Assembly (NCBI GenBank): GCA_045837725.1
Contig: JBEWZL010000062.1
Coordinates: 1-64,000 of the forward strand
DNA: 64,000 nt
Reading direction: 5' to 3'
Origin: Vermamoeba vermiformis
Taxonomy: Eukaryota
Part shown: positions 1-9,500 of the stretch, piece after piece
Layout of the letters: each line of letters opens with the position of its first letter
How positions within the stretch are numbered: the stretch's first letter is position 1
Translations under genes and position numbers: made by a program
Notes under the pieces: model-generated
What the model saw: only the letters and a program-made list of their open reading frames with translations
Database searches by the model: none
What the model was told of the DNA's origin: nothing

Positions 1-2500
1 GACCACCAATGGTCGTTTATTATTATCCAATGCTGTTTCGTTGATTTCTCGCGTTGACCAGTCCTCTCACTGCTCGCTCATGGGCTCGCCAACTCGATGG
101 CGCGATCGGATGCGTGGGACGCGTCCAAATAATACGTAAGTAATTTTTTAAATATATTAGATATTAGCACGACGCAATGAATGCGTCGATTTCATATTTA
201 AAATTATGCTTTAAGTTAATAAATTTTCAAATTACGGATCGAGCTTAGTCCTCGATTTAATTTCAAATTTACGTTATAAATATTACCTTATTAACGTATT
301 AACGTTTATTATGACAGGGATTGGGTGATTGAATTCTCACGAAACGAATCTGATCGCTCGCTGCTTCGATCCGCGAAGTACACGTTGAAAACCACTGGTA
401 AGTACTACGATATAATTTAATTAATGATTTAAAATCATTCTAACAGTTCGCAGTCAGGAAAAAAGGAGAAGAAGAGAGATCTAGATCGCGCACTTCGCGC
501 GATAATTACTATGGCTTGTCTCGTCAGTTTCCCGCAGTAAGTGTTGAAATGCGTAGACGATATCAATTACTAACACAATATAGGCTGGTAATGGATAATA
601 GCGCGTTTAATTAGCGGATGAACCGCTTCGATCCAGCGGACTCTGGATCCGTAAAATACGCTTGATTGGCTCAATGGCTATTGCAGGTAAGTAAAACGCG
701 TTCTATCTATTACTATAATCGACAAGAAACTCATGATTTGATTTTAGGAGTTGATTTATATAGTTTTTAGAGATCAGCGCGCGATCCGATCCCGCGTACC
801 AACGCAATCTACCTCGGCCCCAAGACCGCAGAACAATTCGTAAGTTTAAATAGAGCTAGAAGGTACTTAATACTAACATTTTATTTTATTATAGAGGCTG
901 TAATCGCTCACGGTGAGGATCGGAGCGATGATTAAGTGTGCGATCCGGGAGAGTCACTTTGGCGAGTTGTGCGTAGAAATTTTAACAGTAGCATTCGGCT
1001 GTGGTAAGCAATATAATTGATAGTCAATAGCGCGTTCTAATACATATTATGTAGGTTCTCGTTAAATGGTGCGAGCTGAATCCATCGGAGGAAAATTACC
1101 CAGCGGCACCGAGTAGAGCAAAAGGTAATTAATTGTAACAATATTAATAATTTCTAATACATACAGCAGCGCATAAATTCGACACGGTATTAAAACCGTT
1201 ACTTCGGGCTCAAAAAGAGATCGCGCCCAATTTCATAGACAACACAACACCAAGTAAGTTAACGCATCGCTGCAAGCACTTTATACTAACATATTTTATT
1301 ATTACTTAGGCTTTAATCGCTTACAACGGGATCCGATCACAGGAAATTTACTGCTTGGTTGATTAAGTAAGCAATGTTATAATTAATATTTTTATTTAGT
1401 AATATATAACATAATTAAAGTTGATATTTGAATTGAATTATTGTTAAAGTTTTAAAAATTTTAAAATTACGGATCGAGCTTCGTGCTCGTGTTAAATTTA
1501 AATTACTGTTTATCTTATATTTAATACAATATACTAACGTTTATTTAATAGGTTATTTGGGCGTCAGTGCAAAGACGCTAGTTCTAGATCGAGCGCGAAG
1601 TCGGATCGCTCGATGACCGATAGTGAATCAAGGGTAAGTTGCTTAGATCTTTTATCTTATTATTATTTAATATTTTAACTAACCTTATTTAGGTTTTCCA
1701 AATTCACGGTGACGGATCTCGAACGCGATCTTCTCGCGTTAACAGATCCATTACATTGACAGTACAAGACCCGTAAGTACGCTTAGGGTAAGAAAATGGT
1801 CAATACTAACACCTTATATTAGTAGATATAACGAAGGCGGTTATGGAAGAGAAATTACGAGATCGAGATCCAACGCGTCTCGATCAGCTAAACTTTCAAT
1901 ACGAGGCATCGATTGTCTTATCGGTAAGTGATCCCCCTTATATATTAATATTTTAAATAATTGATGCTAATTTTACGCCTAGGAGATGCCACGGAGCTGG
2001 GGCCAGAGATCGCGAACTCAACCTCTCGATCTCGCAGAAGTTCAATGACGCATCGATTGCGCCAAAAGTAAGTATAACGCTTTATTTTAACATATTATCA
2101 CTTACTTATACGTTTTTATTTACAGGTAAGACCAGGTTAGCTATTTTACGGGATCCGAACACGCGATCTGACGGAGCAATTTCATGAAAATTGTAACAAG
2201 TGATAGACCCGTAAGTAATATTAAACGATTATACTATATATTGACTAATGTAATCTTACAGTAGATCGGCTAAAGTAGCTAAAATGGCGAAGAAATGCGA
2301 TCCGCAACTAGAGCGGATTCGCGAACTAACTATCAGCGCAGTGGTAAATAGGTAAGCAAATTTACGATTTAGTGATCAATATAATCAATTACTAACCCGT
2401 TGATATTGGTAGAGTTATTGTGTGATTGCTTTAACGCTGATCCCCACGGGATCTGCGATGAAAGCATGCACGCACAAATTCTAATGATAGTAAAGAGTTA
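1..2500 (+). repeat. Non-coding array of ~140-bp exon-intron-like modules (plus-strand copy)
   Basis: GTAAG(T)/GTAAT donors at 136, 398, 537, 687, 840, 1004, 1125, 1254, 1367, 1634, 1773, 1924, 2068, 2211 and 2352. Each is followed by an AT-rich tract ending in YAG, most with a CTAAC/CTAAT branch point. The intervening 60-110 bp segments are rich in CpG and GATC. The ORF track has nothing here. Confidence 0.8.
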
Positions 2501-2519
2501 AGTAAATAAATACAAATCA

Positions 2520-4560
2520 ATTTTACTTACTTTCGACGCGATCGATGCGCGTCACTAACTTCTGAGAGATCCGGGTGTAGCAACGATCTCCGGCCCCAGC
2601 TCCGTGTTATACCCTAGACGTAAAATTAGTATCAATTAACTAGTATATTACTATATAAGAGGTTTTACTTACCTTTAGAGCAATCGATGCTCTACATATT
2701 AATTTTCAAGGATCGAGATGCGTCAGATCTCGATCTCGTTAACTTTTCTAAGGTCTTGTTTTTTCCGTTTCTATTTATATAAGGCGTTAGTATTACTTGA
2801 CTTCTAACGCTGAGAATACTTACAGGGTCATTGTCCATCAAGTATCGAAATTGTTGACACGGGAAGATCGAGTCCGAGATCCATCACGGTGAATTTGTTA
2901 AACCTAAATAAAACGCATAAGAATATTAAATAATAATTAAATAAAAGGTTTTAACTACTTACTCTTTATCCACTATTGGTCATCGAGCGATCTACTTCGT
3001 GCTCGATCTAGAAGTAGCGTCTTCGTACTGACGCTCAAATAACCTATTAAATAATCATTAACAGAGTGTTTTAGTAATAAAATAAACACTAATTTAAATT
3101 TTACGCGAGCACGAAGCTCGATCCAATTCTATCTAATTTTAAAAATTTAACTTGATTTTTAAATTAATAATCGACGCATTGGTACGATTATTTTACTATT
3201 ATTGAATAAATTTAAAGACTTACCAATTTATTTCCAGGGCCTAGGCGGATTCGATCTCGCCATCAAGTTGCCAAACCAACGAGCGAGCAGTGGCGATGGT
3301 CCCAGCAGCGGGACACGAACGGAAAGGGCCAGTATACCATGAAACGACCATTGGTGGTCGGGATCTCGCGAATCGAAAGTAACTGGAACTTTCGATCGCG
3401 CTAAAAATTCGTAACAATAATCTAAATAAAAAATTACACCTTAGTAAGTTGTACTTGATATACTTTTATCGATATTAATTAAAAATCCGGATAAAATCCG
3501 AGCACTTGGCTCGATCCGGGTCAGACTAATTTTGCTTTGAAAATTTAAAAATTGAAATTACGATAAAATAATGTTGTAAATGGTGGAAGGATAATTATAA
3601 AAATCTTACCTTAAATTATCTCGGTCACTGAACCGAGATTTGATCGCGTTTTGTTCGCGATCTTAAAGCCGCGCTGGAATGACGCTGAATGTCGTTTGGC
3701 GCGTGTGTGTTAATAATAAACGACCAATCTAAATAACCAAATCGACCCTTGTGGCCGACCTGTTGCGAATCTTGGATTCGCGCTGTCAATCCTCAAAATA
3801 ACTCGCACTGAACGGCTGTTGTGGCCGTGGCGCGTAACTATCTGCTGTTAATAAGCAAAAATAAATAAATAAATCGACCCTTGTGGTCGTTCTGTTGAAT
3901 TACTGACGCGAAATAGCCCGTGCGCCATTTTCGCATCAGCTCTGATCCGAAATAACTCGCGCTGTAACGGCTCTTGGGCCGTGGCGCGTTACTGTCATCT
4001 GAATAATCATCTAAATTAAAATATTGAACAATCTGCACTTACAATATGACCGTTGTGGTCGATCTGTCGCGGTTTTAGAATAACTGACGCGTACGATCTT
4101 GACGGACTTGTGTAATCGCCGTAGAAACTCCTAATAATGATTGTTAATAATATAATTATGCAATAATTTAACGCGAGTAACGAGAATCTCGTTAATCTCG
4201 CTGATTTATAATTCGATTGAGGTTTAAATCCGACCTCGAACTCAATCAATAATTAATTTGTCATTACTACGTACCTTTAATCATGTTCTTGCTGTTTTTT
4301 TCTTATAAATCTTCCTCGATCCGTCATTTCAAGTTGACGGATCGGCGCGACGATTTCTTGCTTTCTCCACCACCGAGAATTTTGGCATTAATTTCGCGCG
4401 TTGTTTCTCGGCGGTCTGAATCCAAAATAATTAATAAAAATTAATTGAGAGGTCTGGATCAAAATTTAATGATCCAGGGGCCCGTTGGCTCCCTCGGATC
4501 CCCGCGCTATTTATCGCTTACCTTCTCGTATTGACAAAAAAATTAATATGGACCTATTAG
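2520..4560 (-). repeat. Inverted (minus-strand) copy of the exon-intron module array
   Basis: ACTTAC (reverse donors) end at 2530, 2672, 2823, 2962 and 3223, and CTTAC at 3609. 3342-3359 is the exact reverse complement of 1-18. 2530-3140 is a diverged reverse complement of ~1460-2070 (e.g. GGATCGAGCTTCGTGCTCG at 1471 vs CGAGCACGAAGCTCGATCC at ~3106). Confidence 0.8.
3735..4095. repeat. Degenerate direct repeats (about 2.5 units) inside the minus copy
   Basis: AAATCGACCCTTGTGG...AATAACTCGC...AACGGCT...GGCCGTGGCGCGT occurs at ~3740 and ~3871, with a partial third unit at ~4048. Confidence 0.7.
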
Positions 4561-4879
4561 CTCATTGTTTGAGCTATTGTTTCGCGTCAAGGCGAAATTG
4601 AACACTGTTCGTTCAAGACAGTACTGTTCAATTTCGTTCGATTTTTTGCCATTAAATTCGGGGCGCCAAATTTTCCGGTTTTCCAGTCATTACGCGCCCC
4701 CCAGTGCTCCCCTAACCCTAAAAAAAGAGACTTTTTAGCCCTACTTTAGCTCTAAACCCTAACTTGATTTTCTGGATTACAAGGATAGCTACAGAGTCAA
4801 GACTAGTATCATTTTAAAGCCCTTTCAAAATCCTACTCAACCATGCATCAAACAACTGGATTGGTTAAAAGCATCTTAA

Positions 4880-5300
4880 CTTTGGATCTGCTTAGCTTCA
4901 GTACCCAGGTGCAAACTCTGATCAAGGGATCTGACTGATGTCACTTTAACTTAAATCTGTTATTTTACTGATATTAGCTATGATTCATTCGTTTAACATT
5001 GATTGCAAACTCAAATACCAACTTTTCATCTTGACTCTTGCTGCTAACTCAGAACAAGGTATTGTATCAGGTTGAGTTCAACTCAGATCTGTTATTTTCT
5101 TTATATTCACTATGATTTATTGATTTATTACTGATTTTGAGGTCAAATCCCAACTTTGACACTTGACCATTGGTGCTGATTCATACCAAGGGAGTGCTTC
5201 AAGTGAAATCTAACTCAGATGTGTTATTCTCTTCATATTCACTATGATTCATTTATTAAACATTGATTCCCAGATTAAATACCAAATTTGGTCCTTGAAT
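4880..5300. repeat. Degenerate 132-bp tandem repeat, 3 copies
   Basis: AACT(T/C)A(A/G)AT(C/G)TGTTATT...ATATT(AG/CA)CTATGATT(C/T)ATT recurs with TGTTATT anchors at 4958, 5090 and 5222 (exact 132-bp period). Confidence 0.75.
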
Positions 5301-5867
5301 CTGTCTCCAGGATATCCAATACTTCCTATTACCTATAGCCAACTTGACATTTCCACTCGAAAGCATCAGATACACTGTTTATATCATGTTTTGATATGTT
5401 CCTAATTGATTTGACAGGAATTGAATACATTTTCAAAATTGCTTCATGGCTGAAGTGGGACTCAAATGAGCCAAGTAAACATCAAGTGCCAGAACAAGGC
5501 CATACTATTATGATAAATATACATAAATATAATTGCATAACAACATGAAAGAGATTTGTCAATATGATATCAGGGCTCTAACATCTGGATGCTGCCTGCA
5601 CGCGTCAAAGGCTGCAAGCATGCAATCATTGAATAAATAGCATGTATCAATAAGAAGTCATATGATAATGCTAAAGTTTAAGTATGAGGTGATTCTGAAA
5701 TGGACAACCTTGCACTAAGAATTGTTTATAGTCACAGCACATAATGCAAACAACGAATATTTGCTAGACATTATTTAATATTAGGAGGAAGAAACAAATA
5801 TCTGAAAAAAACCCTAATCTATTTATTTATTATAAAAAAGAAACAAAAAATACTAGTCTAACACATA

Positions 5868-8800
5868 TTAAATAAGTTCTTCAACTTGATCATCAAATTC
5901 CTTGGCAAGTCTGTTGACGTGGATCAAGTAATCATCCTTTAAAGTCAGCTTCTTGGGTGTTTTGGCATAAAAAAAAGGTGTCTTCGAAGCAAGACAACTT
6001 GCATGCACTTTGTGGGGTCCTACTTCCTTCGTGAACTTGTTTGTAATAGTTTGGCAAATATCGCTGGCTAGTGCTTCGCTTTGGTGAGCCAATCGTATAG
6101 CACTGTAAGCAGCAAATTTAGCAACATAGTTAGAACTCTTCCCTGCAACGTCTTGCTTGGACAATTTTGTTGCCTGGATAACACTGGCCTTAAGGAATTT
6201 GCCGAACAGAGGATGAGCAAGCATTGATGATTTGCTCAACGGACTTCCTTCACCAGCTTTGGCTTCCAAAATGGCTGCTGATTCCAGCAGCAATTTGCGT
6301 AACTGCGAACGTTGGGATGCGTTGCTCGAAAGGTAGCTTACGGTAGAGATTGCTGAGGCGTTGCTTCCGGAAGAGCTAGACCAACTAGATGAAGGAGATG
6401 ACGCAGGGTTCAGCAAGGATAAAGGATCCTTTTCTAAAGGAAACAATCCATATTGAGATTTTGCAAAGCATCCAAAAGTACAACGCCAGAATGAAACAAA
6501 AGGAACGATGGCAAACCACTGTTTGGAGATGTGGTTCAAAAGCCCGTGCTTGGAGGACAACGTCTGGCATGAAGGATGACAATACTTGGAGTTGACGTAA
6601 AGCTTAATCAATTTCAGAGCAGGAACCCATATATCTCTTAGTTGGTGAGCATACGAATCTTGAAGCACAGTCTTGTTGCAAAACAACTTGTCGACAAGTT
6701 CGTCCAAAAGCACAGGTTTTTTCTTGTTGGGAGAAACAGGATCCAAAGGCAAGAAAAGAGGTCCAGGCTTGCCCAATAACACTGCTTTGACTTCGTTCAA
6801 ACTGAGAGTTTTGTCGGAGTGGTCTGACTTGGCTTGAGGAGGAACGTGGACGTCTTCCTCACCATCGGGTTCCAGTTCGTTTTCTTCTTCGTCGCTTTGA
6901 TCCACGAGCAGGGCAAGATTCAAAGGAACAAAGGGACTTGCCTGGTCGTTGCCGCCAGGGACCCTCTGAGATGAAGCTTGGGATGGAGCGAGACCCTTGC
7001 GTGCAAGTTCGACGACGTCCACGCCGGATCTTACCAGGCAGCAGTATCCGAACAAAACCAGGAAATAGTAAACGACGGAGGAAGCGTCGTGAGTTCCGCT
7101 GGTTAGGATAGTGCCAAACTCCAAGAGAAGGGATAGTTCGTTTTTGATCCGGTTGGTTGAAGGATGTTTTTTGCCTTGAAACCATAATTGAGGAATTCTA
7201 TCCATGAAATTGCTTTCACTCATCCATTTGCTAACCTTGATCCGATGACAGTCCGAGCACACCGTGAGTATTTCCTTGTAGGTGACGAATGGATCGGTGT
7301 TGAAGAGAAGTAAAGGAAGAGCGGGCCACTGGAAAGTGAGCAGAGACTGGTGTATATCCAAAGACTTCATCACTTTAGGACAAACTTTGTGTTTTTTGCC
7401 AGTTAACCAATAAAAAGGAGAAAACTCCAAGAAATTGAGCAGCTCTCCCTCATGCACGAAAAGAAACCCTCGAACCTGTCAAAAATACACCTCAGCACCT
7501 TTTTGACGTCTACGAGGGCACTTACTTTGGCAAACTGCTTGATTCTTTGAGCAACGTGGTCATAAACCGTCGCCAGTGCCGACAGACAATCCAATGCCGT
7601 TTCCAAGTTGCAGGTGGTTTGACAAACGTTGCCTTCTGAAAGCAGGTCGAGGAAACAGTTGCCGATCAACAGAGCGGAGCTATTGTACAGGGTCTTCAAG
7701 CAGTGCAGTCTGTCGTCGTTTCGGTGATTTCTGTTGAACTTCAAGTAGAACGTAGGTTCGAAACGAAGAGGGGAGTCGGCAATGGCGGGAAGACTGTTCA
7801 CCAAGGCGATGAATTTGGATAGAGGGCCTGCTTGATCTTCGTCGACACTCCTGGTTCCGAGCAACTTGAATAGCCACAAAAGAGCTGGCAAAGAGTGCCA
7901 CCATTCCGGATCCCGGGGATTGCAGGCGGTCGAAGAAGTTTTGAACTGGTAAATGAAAGTCGAATAAAATTGACTGGTTTCCAAGTCGAATTCAACTGCA
8001 CAGTCTGTCGCCAATTTTTTGATCGACTCCCAAGTGAAGAGCATGCATTCAGGTGGATGGCCTTCAGCTTGGACCGCAGCAAGTTCAGTGGTTCCCAACA
8101 GATAGTAAACGTTCTTCTTTCGCCCTTTTCGAAACATTGAACGCAGCTCTTTGTTCAGGAAGTCGGTTCGCCAAAACCCTGCCTTTGCCTTTTCGCAGTC
8201 AGCAGGGTACTCGAACACAAAGCCCGTCGACCAAAACATGCAATGGATTCCTTCCAAATCAAAGTTTTGCATGCTGTTACCCAACGTTCCGTCGAAAAAG
8301 TCTTCGGCTTGCAACGGGCTGCTCTTTTGCCCTAACTTTATCGTCATCGTCAGTGTTTGCAACCAATTGAGGCTTTGAGATGCGTGGTACTGCAAGCAAC
8401 GGACAAACTCGGGGAAATCAGCTCGCTTTACTTTTACCACGGCTTCAGAGGGCCAGGGATAGTCTTCGGGGGGGACTTCGGCGCTGCGACCGTTTCTTCG
8501 CATTTGGGGAAAGATGTCCAAAACAAAGTCTTTTCATCGTCGTCTTCGCAGGACACGAATATGGGCCACGACATCCAGCGCATGAAGCAGACGAACCTGC
8601 CTCGCCCGTTCGAGAAAAAGTCGCTCGATTTGCAGTTGGCTCCCGAGCCGTACTTGGATTTGGATGTGTTGAAGTCCAACACGTGCTGTCCTACAAGCAA
8701 AAAAGATTTGAGCCTGAATTTAAAACAAAACTACCAATTACCTGCAGCAAATTTGGCAATGTGCTTTGGACTAGTGCAAACCATAAAATCCTCATCATTT

Positions 8801-8875
8801 GGGGCAGGGTTTTTAATAAAACTAAGCATACAACCAGGCAAAGACACAATGCAAAGTCCATCAATGTCCTGACCT
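5868..8875 (-). pseudogene. Large orphan protein gene, apparently broken by two frameshifts (~8520, ~7430)
   Basis: Consecutive overlapping minus ORFs 8434-8700, 7403-8521 (372 aa) and 5868-7457 (529 aa) read as one polypeptide across single-base shifts. There are splice-like signals at ~8741 and ~8875. No domain was recognised. Confidence 0.55.
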
Positions 8876-9048
8876 GAATTTATTGGATGATAGTTGGTTC
8901 CAGGCTGATAGTTTTTAATGTCGCAAATAAAAATGTTTTCCTTATAACTTTTTTTGTTTAAGTATATTTAACCCCCCCCCATGTTTTCATTGGAAATAAA
9001 TGAAAATGGTTTTTTGCTTTATTTTTTTAGTTTGTTTTATTTTACACA

Positions 9049-9357
9049 ATGGATTACAACAACAGTGACTATTTCAACACTCGTAATCATGCTGTTGATG
9101 ATTCGATGGATTGTAATCAAAATAATAATGATAATTTAGTTGCCCCCCAAGAAGAACCAGCCCAAGAAATTGAAAGTCATGAAGAGGAAATCAGTGACAT
9201 ATGCTGGGATCAATTTAATTCATTTGTTTTGGATCAAGCAAAAGATCACCCTGACCTAATTAATCAAATGGTACAAAGAAAATTGAAGCATGTGCCATTT
9301 GAAGAAGAACATGTCAACCCTACCTCTGTCAAGTTAACAACAGGCATAGGATTATAG
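9049..9357 (+). CDS. Small acidic hypothetical protein
   Basis: 102-aa ATG-initiated ORF after a T-rich leader, with a plausible protein-like composition. Acidic codons continue in another frame to ~9430. Confidence 0.35.
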   Translation: MDYNNSDYFNTRNHAVDDSMDCNQNNNDNLVAPQEEPAQEIESHEEEISDICWDQFNSFVLDQAKDHPDLINQMVQRKLKHVPFEEEHVNPTSVKLTTGIGL

Positions 9358-9500
9358 ATGATTGGGGGAGACAAAGGCGGTGATGAAAATGAAGCTGAAG
9401 AAGAGGCAAACAAATCAAAAGAAATGATTTGAGTTGCTTGCAATGACTCTGGACTTACCTATTAAAATAGAAAAATAATTAGCAAATGTTTACAACTTTT

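Noticed and set aside
3838-4249. Two short minus-strand ORFs in the repeat
   Set aside because: They span AT-rich, intron-like tracts of the repeat and show no recognisable protein features.
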